64,000 nt of DNA from a virus (taxonomy: Duplodnaviria; Caudoviricetes), in IMG/VR virus record IMGVR_UViG_3300037851_000103, positions 20,104 through 84,103 of that record; one strand, written 5' to 3'. Below the pieces are notes generated by a model that did not search any database, was not told where the DNA came from, and worked only from the letters and a program-made list of their open reading frames with translations. This document shows positions 1 to 10,288 of this stretch, piece after piece (position 1 is the first letter of the stretch; every line of letters starts with the position of its first letter). Position numbers and translations under genes: made by a program.

Positions 1-2
1 GG

Positions 3-1745
3 TGGACTTCCTTATTAATTAAAAGTTTGTCAAATCCTTTTTATTGGGTACTTGGCATACCTATGCTTATATTTACCTTTGGTACAATTTTAAATGCAAT
101 AACAACCTCTTCTATTTTTATTGATTGGATAGTTAAAGTATTATTTACGTCTTTTAATATAGGAAAAACCATTGGTGGATTTTTATGGGATACCGTTGAT
201 TCTATTTTTACTTGGATAAAAAATTATATATTCTTTTATACAGATTTTAATGATATGTTTAACAATACCTTTAAATCAATTGAAGGATTATTTGTATATA
301 TGTTAGGAAAAGATAATGTTGATATATTTAAAAATTGGTATAATACTGGAAAAGAATGGGTAATCTGGATTAAAAATACTTCAATTAAAGTTCTTAATTA
401 TATTACTCCATTTTTTACTATGATTGGGGGATTTTTAAAAGAAATTCAAACAGAAGGATTTTTAGTTTGGATAGTTAATCAATTTGAAAAATTCAATTTT
501 GGTTATGGAGAACCATTTAAACAACAATTTCTTAGTTGGATTAAAGAAAAAATAGGGGCAAAATATACCGCACCATATATTTTAACTAAAAAAGAATTGA
601 AAAAAGTATCAAAAGATTTATCACAAGATTTATTAATTCAATATTATCTTAATTATGAAAATTTAAATATTCCTCCTGATTTAATATTACAAAAAATTTC
701 TAAAGAAAATATCCCAGAATTGCGAGAATTATTTAAAGATTCTTTATCAGAATATTCAATATCACAATTATTAGATAATTTACCTCAACAAATTGAATTG
801 TTTAAACGTGGACAATTACCTATAGCTTCGGCACAACAAATTCAACAACGTATGCAATATCGTCAAAATTTACAAATAATTCAAAAACATATGAAATCAT
901 TAAAAATGTCTGATACTACCTTTAAAGATTTAACACAAAATCTTAAAATATTAACAGAAAATTCTAAAAATATCAAAAATCAACATACCAATCAAATATT
1001 GACTATAGATACTATTAACGATCAAATTGTTTCAAAAATAAATAACATAAATGAAAAACATAATGCTTTATCAAAAATTACTGATACTTTAAAAAATGAA
1101 TTAGAAGAAATGAATCCAAAACAATTAGCAGAAAGTTTAAGAGATTGGTCTGTTTTAGGGGTTCAACCGTGGAAACTGACTGAAGATGTTTTTGCAACTG
1201 GATTAGCTACCGGAATTAATATTTTAACCCCCACTCAAAGACAACATCATGAACGATATGATGCAAAAATGACAAAATTATTATATGAGGCAGATACATC
1301 AACCCAAGAAATGTCTATAAATAAAGCATTTTCTTCAAATCCTTATACAAAATATTTTTTTAATGATTTTGTAAAATCTTTATTTAATAATGCTTATAAT
1401 AATACTGCTTTTAAAATAAATCCATTAAATATGCCATATTCAAATGAATATTTACAATCTAAATCTGAAAATAAAACTTCAGATATTGAGATTCCTAAAA
1501 CATTTAACATTACAAAACATGAAAATGGCGGAATTTTAGGTACTGGTGTGATGAATCTTGATAATCAAACATTAGAATATGTAAAAAATCAAACAAAAGA
1601 TATTGATATAGATTTTGATAAAATAACTAATAATAACACCAAAAAAATAATTTATAAAAAAATAAGCCAACCAACCCCAATATCAGGGGAAACTTATGAA
1701 CTATACACCATGAAACAATTGGCAAAATCCATCATAGAAATATAA
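3..1745 (+). CDS. Tape measure protein, C-terminal part (5'-truncated by window edge)
   Basis: Frame is open from position 3 (WTSLLIKSLSNPF...). Trp/Phe-periodic amphipathic helices (W..I...F) are followed by coiled coil. Lies immediately upstream of gp48/gp53/gp27-like genes. Confidence 0.6.
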   Translation, partial: WTSLLIKSLSNPFYWVLGIPMLIFTFGTILNAITTSSIFIDWIVKVLFTSFNIGKTIGGFLWDTVDSIFTWIKNYIFFYTDFNDMFNNTFKSIEGLFVYMLGKDNVDIFKNWYNTGKEWVIWIKNTSIKVLNYITPFFTMIGGFLKEIQTEGFLVWIVNQFEKFNFGYGEPFKQQFLSWIKEKIGAKYTAPYILTKKELKKVSKDLSQDLLIQYYLNYENLNIPPDLILQKISKENIPELRELFKDSLSEYSISQLLDNLPQQIELFKRGQLPIASAQQIQQRMQYRQNLQIIQKHMKSLKMSDTTFKDLTQNLKILTENSKNIKNQHTNQILTIDTINDQIVSKINNINEKHNALSKITDTLKNELEEMNPKQLAESLRDWSVLGVQPWKLTEDVFATGLATGINILTPTQRQHHERYDAKMTKLLYEADTSTQEMSINKAFSSNPYTKYFFNDFVKSLFNNAYNNTAFKINPLNMPYSNEYLQSKSENKTSDIEIPKTFNITKHENGGILGTGVMNLDNQTLEYVKNQTKDIDIDFDKITNNNTKKIIYKKISQPTPISGETYELYTMKQLAKSIIEI

Positions 1746-1767
1746 ATTATTATAAAGAGGCAAAACT

Positions 1768-3912
1768 ATGGATGACAGACCACCCCCACAAAAAACCCCC
1801 TATGGCACAATTACTAATGAAACATTAACTGATATTTATGATGGTAAAAATACGTCTCCTAATACTCCAATTACCAATATTAATACTGGTGAGGACATAA
1901 ATTATAATAATCTTGAATTAAGTGCTGTTGATTCAAAACAATATGTATATACTCGTCCATCAACTGATACATCTAATGAACCAGTAACATTTGAAGAAGC
2001 AAAAACTATTAAATTTAAAAAAGATAAAGCTGAAGAAACCTATGCTTTAGAACAAAAAAAATTAGAAAATATTTATTATAGAAAATCAATAGAATATAAT
2101 AATAATCCAGAATCAATTAAAAACGATCCGGCAATAATTGCACAAAATGAAAAAGTAAACGAATCTAAAGAAAAGTTGGCAGATATTAATCAGACTATTA
2201 CAAATGCTAGTACTGCTCCTGATGGTGAAGTTAATTTGTTAAAAGCCGGGTTAACTGCTCAAGATATAGATAATGCTAAAAAACAAGAATCTTTAAATGT
2301 TGCCGGAAATGTAACTACTAAATCTGATTTAGGAAATTTAGCAAAAACAGCAAATTCAGAAAATGTTGGAAAACGCCAAACTGGTTTTGAAAATGTTAAT
2401 AATTCGGCCCCATTTTATTTTCAAATGCCAACATTAAAATCTATTACAGACTTTAGAATGAAAAATGGATATAGTCCATACGGGGCAAAAGGATCTGGAG
2501 AAATCGCAAGAGACGCAGTTCATTTTTCTATGTTTGATTTGAATCCGCCAGCACCAAGAGCAAATATAAACTCAAATAATATAATAACTAATGAAGTAAG
2601 AGATCAAGGTACAAATTTAATAGGAACTTTTACTATTTATCCAAATAATCAGGATTGGCTTTCTTTATCACATACTCATAAATGGGGTAATGATATGTTA
2701 TCATCTATTGTAAATACAGCCAATACTGCTCTGGGGCTTGTTGATAATCTTCAATCATTAATTTCATTGGCTGGAAACATTACAGAAGGAGCAACATTAA
2801 ATCAAGAACAAGCAGCCTCACAAAGAATCTCAAGAAAAATTGATATGATTGATACTTATCAGTCAAGTGAAAAATTGACAGTTAATATACCATTTATATT
2901 GTTTACCAAAGATAATTTTTTGGAAGATGTATATAAACCTTTATTACTTCTTACTGCAATGACATATCCAAAACGATTAATTTCTGGTGATTTATTTTCG
3001 GACATTGAAAAATTATTAACTCAAGCTGACGATGCTTCAAAAAATTTAAATGAAGAAAACCTATTTAAATCAGCATTGACCACCGCAACTGGCGCTACTA
3101 GAGAATTCGTAAAAAATAATAAAAATGCGGCAAATGATTTTGAAAAAAATGCCGGAAAATTGGGAGGTTATGGATTATTTAGATATAATGTATCAAAACG
3201 ACCAGAATATATGACAATGAGACACGCTTCGGGATTAATATATTTTCCGTTAGCATACATAGATAGTATTAAATACACCTTTAAAGGCCCATGGTATAAT
3301 TATAATGGACAACCATTTAGCAATGCCTCAACAACTGGTCAAATAGAAAAAGTATTATTGAATGGTTTAGACAATATTAATGCAACTTCTGGCGGGGGGG
3401 CGTTTGATAGATTTGGAAGAAATATAAAAAATACCTTTACCCAACTTGGACAAAATTTCCAAAATGCTGGATTGGCAGTTAGAAATGAAGGTCAACTTGC
3501 CGCTAGAAATATAGTTGGAAATAAAATCCCCCAACCTCAAGTAGGCCCAATAGGAACCTCATTCCATTCAACCCCAACCAACCCCAACATTATTCCCGGC
3601 GATCCAGATTATAAAATGATGGTAGCGTATCCATCCCAAGCTGAAGTTTCGATTACCGTTAGAAACGCAGCCCCTTTATTTAGGGATGATTTTATGCAAT
3701 TGTTTTTTGGTGCCTCAAATGAACAAGATTTAGTAAATGTTACTGTCCAGCAAACAGGACAAGGCAATTTAATAACTCCATCTGGTGAAACAATTCGGCG
3801 TCCAGTAGGTATGAATGCTGGAGACTTGCCTAGACCAACTAAGGGCATTTCGACCCAAAAAAATACTGCTGTTAATGCTAAAACTGCAACTAAATCATCA
3901 ACAGGACAATAA
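1768..3912 (+). CDS. Baseplate/tail-tube initiator, T4 gp48-like (enlarged, 714 aa)
   Basis: Motifs DTYQSSEKLTVNIPFILF, YFPLAYIDSIKYTFKGPW and YPSQAEVSITVR resemble gp48/tube-fold proteins. Synteny between TMP and gp53. SD AGAGG upstream. Confidence 0.55.
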   Translation: MDDRPPPQKTPYGTITNETLTDIYDGKNTSPNTPITNINTGEDINYNNLELSAVDSKQYVYTRPSTDTSNEPVTFEEAKTIKFKKDKAEETYALEQKKLENIYYRKSIEYNNNPESIKNDPAIIAQNEKVNESKEKLADINQTITNASTAPDGEVNLLKAGLTAQDIDNAKKQESLNVAGNVTTKSDLGNLAKTANSENVGKRQTGFENVNNSAPFYFQMPTLKSITDFRMKNGYSPYGAKGSGEIARDAVHFSMFDLNPPAPRANINSNNIITNEVRDQGTNLIGTFTIYPNNQDWLSLSHTHKWGNDMLSSIVNTANTALGLVDNLQSLISLAGNITEGATLNQEQAASQRISRKIDMIDTYQSSEKLTVNIPFILFTKDNFLEDVYKPLLLLTAMTYPKRLISGDLFSDIEKLLTQADDASKNLNEENLFKSALTTATGATREFVKNNKNAANDFEKNAGKLGGYGLFRYNVSKRPEYMTMRHASGLIYFPLAYIDSIKYTFKGPWYNYNGQPFSNASTTGQIEKVLLNGLDNINATSGGGAFDRFGRNIKNTFTQLGQNFQNAGLAVRNEGQLAARNIVGNKIPQPQVGPIGTSFHSTPTNPNIIPGDPDYKMMVAYPSQAEVSITVRNAAPLFRDDFMQLFFGASNEQDLVNVTVQQTGQGNLITPSGETIRRPVGMNAGDLPRPTKGISTQKNTAVNAKTATKSSTGQ

Positions 3913-3914
3913 AT

Positions 3915-4319
3915 ATGCCATATAATAATATTCCGCCCACAAGTTTCATGAATTTATTTAAAGAGATTGTATATGATAAAATACAATCTCCAAAACCAAT
4001 GTTAGACATTTGGGATGCAATTCAAATTGGAGGATTTAATAAAAATCAATTGAGATATTTTCAAATGCATAAAGTATCTGTTGGCGAAACTTGGGTTTCT
4101 CTATCAAAATATTATTATAATGATGAAAGATTATGGTGGGTAATTCCATTATTCAATGATGTATTTGATCCATTTATTATTTTTGATGATGAAATAAAAT
4201 CTTCTGAAATAGAAATGTTACAGGTTTTACGAAATGAATACATTAATGAATTATTATTATTAGCAAGACAACAGAAAATAAATAACAATCCGAATAAAAT
4301 AGATAAATTTGAAGGATAA
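3915..4319 (+). CDS. gp53: Baseplate wedge subunit, T4 gp53-like (LysM-type)
   Basis: HKVSVGETWVSLSKYYYNDERLWWVIPLFNDVFDPF is the typical gp53/LysM signature. Confidence 0.85.
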   Translation: MPYNNIPPTSFMNLFKEIVYDKIQSPKPMLDIWDAIQIGGFNKNQLRYFQMHKVSVGETWVSLSKYYYNDERLWWVIPLFNDVFDPFIIFDDEIKSSEIEMLQVLRNEYINELLLLARQQKINNNPNKIDKFEG

Positions 4320-4322
4320 ACT

Positions 4323-5861
4323 ATGGTTGACGGAATCCAACAATTAGATGAAATTTCTATAAGTTGTTATTTAAACAGAGGGCCAAATTTTAAATATTTA
4401 AAAAATGATGAATTGTTAAACGCTAAAAATTATTTAGGAAACCCAATATCAATAGAAATTCATTCATCAATTAATGGATTTTACAGGTATGGAAGTATTA
4501 CTTTTCATGATACTATAGGATTTAGAGAAACCCTACCATTAACCGGAAATGATATATTAACGGTATTTTATAAAAATAAGCATAATGTGAATGATTCATT
4601 AACGGGAAGATTAATTCATTTTAATATTTTTGATATGGAAGAAATCCAACTTAGACCAGCATCATCAAAAGAAGAACGGCATACATTAAAAGCAATAAAA
4701 ATGCATATTATTGAAGCACCATTTTATCTATTTTTAAATACATCAAAAATTAAAAAAATATATGGAACATCATCAGGAACAGGAAATGATAAATTATTAT
4801 CAATTTCTGATATTGTCGAAGAAATTTTTAGAGGAATATTTAATTCTAATTCTGAATTGATGGAATATTTTAATTTTTATTTTCAAACAACTAAAAAAAT
4901 TAGTGGACAATTTTGTAATCCTAATTGGAATCATCAAAAATTCATAAAATATTTATTAGATTATGCTTCTGATAAGAATAATAGAGGTAATTTTAAATTA
5001 TTTACTACCTCTGATATTCAATCCGGAAAGATTAATATTGTTTTGAGAAATCCCACCCATATGTATTCATTACCATTTAAAGGTAAAATTTATGAATATT
5101 TTTTAAGTGATGAATCGACTTTAAATAATACAGATATATCAAATCCTTTAAATCAAATTGCGAATCAAAAATTAAATACTATTTATTATTATAAATTTTT
5201 AAATTATGATTTAAGTGCTATTACATCAGGATTTGGTGGTGGTACTATATATAATTATAATTATTTAAATGGAAATTATTCTGAAATTTGTAATACTTAT
5301 ACAAATATAAATACAAAATTGCCAACCACCAGTAATTATTTAATATGGAAGGATGAAATATCAAATTGGAATAATCAGGTATATTATGATGGTTCAATGA
5401 GTGAGTTTTTATCTACAGATTATTTAAAAAATAAGATATTGGATAATCATCATCAATTAAGATGTATAATTTTGACCCTTATAAATGAAAATATAGAAAT
5501 TGGTGATGTTATTTTAATAACATTTATGTCAGGAATGGTATCATTTACTAAAGGTGATTCTCATTTAATTGATGAACAAATGTCAGGATATTGGATAGTT
5601 GAAGAAATCAATGATATAGTCCATCAGGGTAAAGGTTATAGAAAATATATTTTAATGAAGGATTCATATTTCAATGTATATACGCCAAATGATTTAGATG
5701 CTTCTAAGATATTACCTGTAAATAAATCTATTGCTAGTCATGATATAATTTATGATGAAAATGGTGTAAAAAGATTTAAAACCACATATTCAGATAATTA
5801 TAAAATATATAGTGAAGATGATAAATTTTCTGATAATTCTAATGGAGGATTAGTATTATGA
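4323..5861 (+). CDS. Baseplate hub protein, gp27-like
   Basis: N-terminal GSITFHDTIGFRETLPLTGNDILTVFY and C-terminal DEQMSGYWIVEEINDIV match hub-protein patterns of T4-like phages. Follows gp53. Confidence 0.7.
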   Translation: MVDGIQQLDEISISCYLNRGPNFKYLKNDELLNAKNYLGNPISIEIHSSINGFYRYGSITFHDTIGFRETLPLTGNDILTVFYKNKHNVNDSLTGRLIHFNIFDMEEIQLRPASSKEERHTLKAIKMHIIEAPFYLFLNTSKIKKIYGTSSGTGNDKLLSISDIVEEIFRGIFNSNSELMEYFNFYFQTTKKISGQFCNPNWNHQKFIKYLLDYASDKNNRGNFKLFTTSDIQSGKINIVLRNPTHMYSLPFKGKIYEYFLSDESTLNNTDISNPLNQIANQKLNTIYYYKFLNYDLSAITSGFGGGTIYNYNYLNGNYSEICNTYTNINTKLPTTSNYLIWKDEISNWNNQVYYDGSMSEFLSTDYLKNKILDNHHQLRCIILTLINENIEIGDVILITFMSGMVSFTKGDSHLIDEQMSGYWIVEEINDIVHQGKGYRKYILMKDSYFNVYTPNDLDASKILPVNKSIASHDIIYDENGVKRFKTTYSDNYKIYSEDDKFSDNSNGGLVL

Positions 5862-5980
5862 ATGATGAAATTACAATATATAATTATTCTGTTTGTGAAA
5901 TTGAAATTATTATAGAGGAAAATAATTTAATAACATTGGCAATGATTTCTGATGATGATAATGAGATTTTATATAAATAA
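5858..5980 (+). CDS. Small acidic protein (40 aa; not in ORF track)
   Basis: ATGA overlap with the hub gene stop, GGAGG SD upstream, translation MNDEITIYNYSVCEIEIIIEENNLITLAMISDDDNEILYK*. Confidence 0.5.
   Translation: MNDEITIYNYSVCEIEIIIEENNLITLAMISDDDNEILYK
5972..5979 (+). promoter_or_regulatory. T4-type late promoter box TATAAATA
   Basis: Exact TATAAATA 17 nt upstream of ATG 5996, followed by an AAGGA SD. Confidence 0.55.
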
Positions 5981-5995
5981 TAAAAAGGACCACAA

Positions 5996-6343
5996 ATGGA
6001 AACTGATAAAGTATATAGAAGAGGTAATGCGATAACATTTGTTATTAAACATAAGCCATTTATTGATTTAAGTATACCTCCTAGTGCCAATGATTATAGA
6101 CCAGCATCGTGTGTCAATATTTCTATTTATGATGAAACATTAAACGAGACATTATTAAATTGTCAAACTATGACTGCGGTTCCAAATAGACCAGGATGGT
6201 ATTTTTATAGGTATCAAACCACAACATCCCATCAACCGGGGTTATATACTGCTATTATTACAGTTATTACAACTATTGATAATACTGATTATACAACCAG
6301 ACAAGTCCAAGAATTTCGATTGGTGGATGATAATATTTTATGA
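5996..6343 (+). CDS. Putative virion beta-sandwich (Ig-like) protein
   Basis: 115 aa, beta-rich (GWYFYRYQT..QPGLYTAIITV), located within the structural module. Confidence 0.4.
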   Translation: METDKVYRRGNAITFVIKHKPFIDLSIPPSANDYRPASCVNISIYDETLNETLLNCQTMTAVPNRPGWYFYRYQTTTSHQPGLYTAIITVITTIDNTDYTTRQVQEFRLVDDNIL

Positions 6344-7065
6344 GTAGTTCTGAACCAAATACCATTTTAGAAATTAATGAAAGTCATACTGACAATTTTA
6401 TATTAGTCATTCCACATCTTCCCACAACTGTATTTTTAAGTAGTTCATTTCAATCATATACAAAACCCAATTATTTTACCTCAACTGTATCAACTTCTAG
6501 CGGGGAATGTGGTGATGGTCCTGAATTTCAAGGAAATACAACAGGGACCAGTGGAACATCAGGTTCTTGTAATGAAAGTACTGACACTACAAGATCAAAA
6601 ATAATAAGAGAAACCAATATTGATTTGCAAAATTTTATGTTGTATTTAACTGATGTAACTTTACCTGATGTTAGCATTGATAAAGTGACTATTGACACCC
6701 CATTTGCCACATTATCAAGACCTAGAAAAATTAAATTTGGCGATCTTTCTATATCTATGAAAATTTCGGAAAATTTAATAAACTATAATGCAATTTTATA
6801 TTGGTTATATGCGTTACATAATCCTGAAGAATTTAATAAATTAAGTGGCAGAGGAATGATTAAATATTTCTTTCAAGAAGTTTATGTAATAATTAAAAAT
6901 AACCACAGAGAAAAAGTAAGTGAATATAAGTTTATTGATGCCTTTCCATATACACTATCCTCATTGCCATTAACCTATAAAGATGCTGAAAATTTAAAAT
7001 GCGATGTATTGTGGGGTCATTCAGGTATGGTTCCATCAGATAATTTCGTATTAAAATATGTATAA
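6340..7065 (+). CDS. Tail tube terminator/completion protein, T4 gp3-like
   Basis: VTLPDVSIDKVTIDTPF..SRPRKIKFGDLSISMKISENLINYNAILYWL and YKFIDAFPYTLSSL are gp3/gp19-family patterns. Carries a Ser/Thr/Gly-rich insertion. Confidence 0.7.
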   Translation: MSSSEPNTILEINESHTDNFILVIPHLPTTVFLSSSFQSYTKPNYFTSTVSTSSGECGDGPEFQGNTTGTSGTSGSCNESTDTTRSKIIRETNIDLQNFMLYLTDVTLPDVSIDKVTIDTPFATLSRPRKIKFGDLSISMKISENLINYNAILYWLYALHNPEEFNKLSGRGMIKYFFQEVYVIIKNNHREKVSEYKFIDAFPYTLSSLPLTYKDAENLKCDVLWGHSGMVPSDNFVLKYV

Positions 7066-7085
7066 TTATTTAAAAAGGATAAATT

Positions 7086-7505
7086 ATGAGTTGTAATAGA
7101 CCATTAAAAGAATTAGAATTGCAACCATGCAGATTCATGATAAAACAAATGGGTCCACGACCTGTTATTAAAAAAATACAATCAAACAGAATTACGGAAC
7201 CAAGTGAAACCCCTGGAAAAATAAGAGTTCGTAAAACTATTCAAAAAACCGATGAAAATGGTCAATTATTATATGAAATTAAAAAAGTTGAAATTAAGAA
7301 AGGGTGCAAATGCAAAGGTAATCAACAAACTGTTATTGAAGAAAGAAAAGTTCCTATTACTGTCGATATTTGGGTAGAAGAAGACGCTCCGGTTGAACCT
7401 GTCGCAGAAATAGTCGAAACTACGATGGAAAAATATGCAATATGTAAAATGTTTGGACAAGTTCCTTTCTCATATTGCCAGAAATGTTCAACATATCAAA
7501 AATAA
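7086..7505 (+). CDS. Hypothetical Cys-containing protein
   Basis: 139 aa ORF with AAGGA SD; Cys motifs GCKCKG and C-terminal ICK...YCQKC. Confidence 0.6.
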   Translation: MSCNRPLKELELQPCRFMIKQMGPRPVIKKIQSNRITEPSETPGKIRVRKTIQKTDENGQLLYEIKKVEIKKGCKCKGNQQTVIEERKVPITVDIWVEEDAPVEPVAEIVETTMEKYAICKMFGQVPFSYCQKCSTYQK

Positions 7506-7509
7506 TAAT

Positions 7510-7517
7510 TATAAATA
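7510..7517 (+). promoter_or_regulatory. T4-type late promoter box TATAAATA
   Basis: Exact box in the 37-nt gap before ORF 7543, inside the inverted repeat 7503-7524. Confidence 0.55.
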
Positions 7518-7542
7518 ATTATTAACCATTTGAGGGTTTCAC

Positions 7543-7971
7543 ATGTTTAAATGGTTTATGCAATTATTTAAAAATGATTTAACAGATGATCAAAAATTAT
7601 TTAAAAAAATAAAATTGAAAATACAAGGTAGTCGATATGATCCTATTTATTTTACAAGCGAAAATAATCAAGAAATTATTTCTGTAGAAATTAAAAAATT
7701 TATAGATACATATCAAAAAATGTTCAATATGTTATCAAATAATGAAAAGAATGATTGTTTAGAAATTGCACATAATAGAACCCTTCATTTATTAGATCAT
7801 ATTAAATTTCAAAAGATAAAACAATATAAAAAGTTAGAAAAGAATTTTTCGGAGGATTTTTTAAAATTTTGGAATGATTATGCAGAGTGCTGTAAAAATA
7901 TATCAAGTTTAGATGAAAATATTAAATTAAATATAGCATCGTTGACCCTTAAGACTATTATAATGTCATGA
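7543..7971 (+). CDS. Hypothetical protein
   Basis: 142 aa ORF, GAGG SD, ATGA overlap with the next gene. Confidence 0.65.
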   Translation: MFKWFMQLFKNDLTDDQKLFKKIKLKIQGSRYDPIYFTSENNQEIISVEIKKFIDTYQKMFNMLSNNEKNDCLEIAHNRTLHLLDHIKFQKIKQYKKLEKNFSEDFLKFWNDYAECCKNISSLDENIKLNIASLTLKTIIMS

Positions 7972-8555
7972 ATAAAAATGAAATTAGAGAACAAATTTTT
8001 AAAAGGTTGTCAAAAAGAAAATTAAATTCAACTATTATTGAAGGTATTATTAGTGAACATATTGAAAATGAATTATTTGTATTAGAAAATGATTTGACTA
8101 TTGAAGATTTACCAACAAAATCGGAAATGAAATGGTGGTTTCAAGATGCCCCGCATAAAAATATATTAAATGATGGTGTATTAATGGAAGTGCAAATAGA
8201 TGAGATATGTTTAACTGATAAATTAGCCACCAAAATATTTAAATATTATTATAAATGGAAATGGGAACCTAATAAAGAATTACCAAAAGAAATTATAGAA
8301 TTAATGAAATTATCTAATGATACCAAACGTAAAAAAGAGTCTCAAAGACGGTTATTAGAGAATTTACTAATAGGAATTATAAGATTTAAACATTTAGAAA
8401 GACGGCCATATTTTTATCCTGCTGAAATAATAGAATTGACTGATATAGTTATAAAGCGATTAAAAATAATAAATAAAATTAATGATGGTTTTTTTGAGAA
8501 AGAAGATATAATTAATATAGAACCATTTTATTTATTTTCTGTAGAAGGGAATTAA
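7968..8555 (+). CDS. Hypothetical protein
   Basis: 195 aa ORF translationally coupled on both sides (ATGA and TAATG overlaps). Confidence 0.65.
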   Translation: MNKNEIREQIFKRLSKRKLNSTIIEGIISEHIENELFVLENDLTIEDLPTKSEMKWWFQDAPHKNILNDGVLMEVQIDEICLTDKLATKIFKYYYKWKWEPNKELPKEIIELMKLSNDTKRKKESQRRLLENLLIGIIRFKHLERRPYFYPAEIIELTDIVIKRLKIINKINDGFFEKEDIINIEPFYLFSVEGN

Positions 8556-10243
8556 TGAAAGTTGAAGATTTCCATAAAATGTCTTTCCAAACCTTTGGTA
8601 TATACAGAGGCTTAATTGAAGACAACGTTGATCCCCTAGATGTTGGTCGGGTAAGGGTCAGAATATTTACCATTCATAGTTTTGATGGAGTAGAAACGCC
8701 CGTTGATCAATTACCATGGGCTGAGCCAGCAATTGGATTGGCTTGGTCAGGCGGGACCAATATTTATAATAATGATTATGGAAATGATAAAACAAAGGCA
8801 ATTAAAGGTGGCCGATATAACGTTGGAGACACTTCTATTGAAGAATATTCTAAAACTAGTTTGGATAATATTAGAAATGCTGAATTTTCTGAAAAAAGAG
8901 AAGACAAAATAACGAATGCCTGTGGTACGGGTGGAGACTTTGTAGTTCCAAAACGAGGCAATTGGGTATTTTTATTTTTTGAGGGGGGCAATCATAATAG
9001 GCCAATTTATTTTGCAATGGCACCTATGGCAAAAGACTGGAATGCTACTAAAAATTGGCGAAATATAGAACTACAAAAGAAAATTGAACAAATTGAGGAC
9101 TTTAAAAAAGATTTTAAACCAAGGGATCAAATAAAACCCAAAGAAAAATCGTGGGCCGACAAAGCGATTGTTAATTCATTAGTAGGACAACCAGATTTAA
9201 AAGTATTTCCGCCGGATGATGGCCAGAAAACAGATACTAACAGAGATATTCAATGCGTAACAAGTGCAAATGGCACTACTATTATTATTGATAATCAAAG
9301 CGGAAAGGAACAAATTTTTGTTATTCACAAAAATTGTCTTGATTATACTGATAAATATGGAAATAAAAAAATATATGTAGGAAAACAACGAGGAAAAAAC
9401 GGAGATTCAAGCAGCAAAGACAAAATTGGCCCTACAAATTATGATATTGATGAATCATGTCATTTAGAAATTGGTGTTGAAGGAAACCATGATTTACATA
9501 TTTTAGGAAATTATAATATCTATACTAAAGGACGGACCCATATACAGTGTGATGATACAATTCAAATTGATTCTGCTAAAAGCATTGGAATTGCTATTAA
9601 AGAAGGTGATATTGATTTAATCGTAGAAAAAGGAAATGTGAATGCTGATATTGCTGGAAATCTTGATGCTGATATTGGCGAAAATTTAAATGCTCACGTT
9701 TTAAAAAATGCAAATATATTAATAGAAGGAAATTTAAAAACTACAGTTAATAAACAAATTGATTTAATATCAAAACAAAATATTAATATGACATGTGTAG
9801 ATTTTAATTTAAATAGTTCAGGAATAATTAAAATTAATGCTTCTGAAATAAATACAACTTCCAATATTTTAAAAATTTCTAAAGATGTAAATATAACAGG
9901 ATCCGTAATCATTGGAAATACATTAGACGTTAGAAGTGAAACCTCTGTTGGTAGTAATTTATGGGTAACTAATAATCTAAGTTGCGGAGGATCTTTAAAA
10001 AATAAAGGGTCGGTAGATTTGGGGTCGCCAGTAATGTTACATGGAGTACAGGTTGTTGGGGGTATGGGTAGCGGAAATGGAAAGCCCCCTGCGACCCCAC
10101 AGTCTCCAACATCAGCACCGAAAGCAACTGAAGCGACCAAAGAAAATAGTTCTCTAAAGATAGATAAGGATTATTCATCATTAGAAAATAATGATTCTTA
10201 TCCTTTTGATCCTCAAGAAAATAATCCAGGGTCATCTAAATAA
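8555..10243 (+). CDS. gp5: Baseplate central spike, gp5/VgrG-like (no lysozyme domain)
   Basis: OB-fold signature YRGLIEDNVDPLDVGRVRVRI...LPWAEP and VPKRGNWVFLFFEGG..NRPIY; C-terminal 8-residue beta-helix repeats (IEGN, IAGN, IGEN). Confidence 0.88.
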   Translation: MKVEDFHKMSFQTFGIYRGLIEDNVDPLDVGRVRVRIFTIHSFDGVETPVDQLPWAEPAIGLAWSGGTNIYNNDYGNDKTKAIKGGRYNVGDTSIEEYSKTSLDNIRNAEFSEKREDKITNACGTGGDFVVPKRGNWVFLFFEGGNHNRPIYFAMAPMAKDWNATKNWRNIELQKKIEQIEDFKKDFKPRDQIKPKEKSWADKAIVNSLVGQPDLKVFPPDDGQKTDTNRDIQCVTSANGTTIIIDNQSGKEQIFVIHKNCLDYTDKYGNKKIYVGKQRGKNGDSSSKDKIGPTNYDIDESCHLEIGVEGNHDLHILGNYNIYTKGRTHIQCDDTIQIDSAKSIGIAIKEGDIDLIVEKGNVNADIAGNLDADIGENLNAHVLKNANILIEGNLKTTVNKQIDLISKQNINMTCVDFNLNSSGIIKINASEINTTSNILKISKDVNITGSVIIGNTLDVRSETSVGSNLWVTNNLSCGGSLKNKGSVDLGSPVMLHGVQVVGGMGSGNGKPPATPQSPTSAPKATEATKENSSLKIDKDYSSLENNDSYPFDPQENNPGSSK

Positions 10244-10279
10244 TTATATATTTTAAAATTATAATTTTAAAATATATAA
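10244..10279. repeat. Perfect 36-bp A/T-only palindrome
   Basis: TTATATATTTTAAAATTA|TAATTTTAAAATATATAA; every base pairs about the centre 10261/10262. Confidence 0.9.
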
Positions 10280-10282
10280 ATA
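10275..10282 (+). promoter_or_regulatory. T4-type late promoter box TATAAATA
   Basis: Exact box 6 nt before the gp25 ATG. Confidence 0.55.
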
Positions 10283-10288
10283 AAAGAT

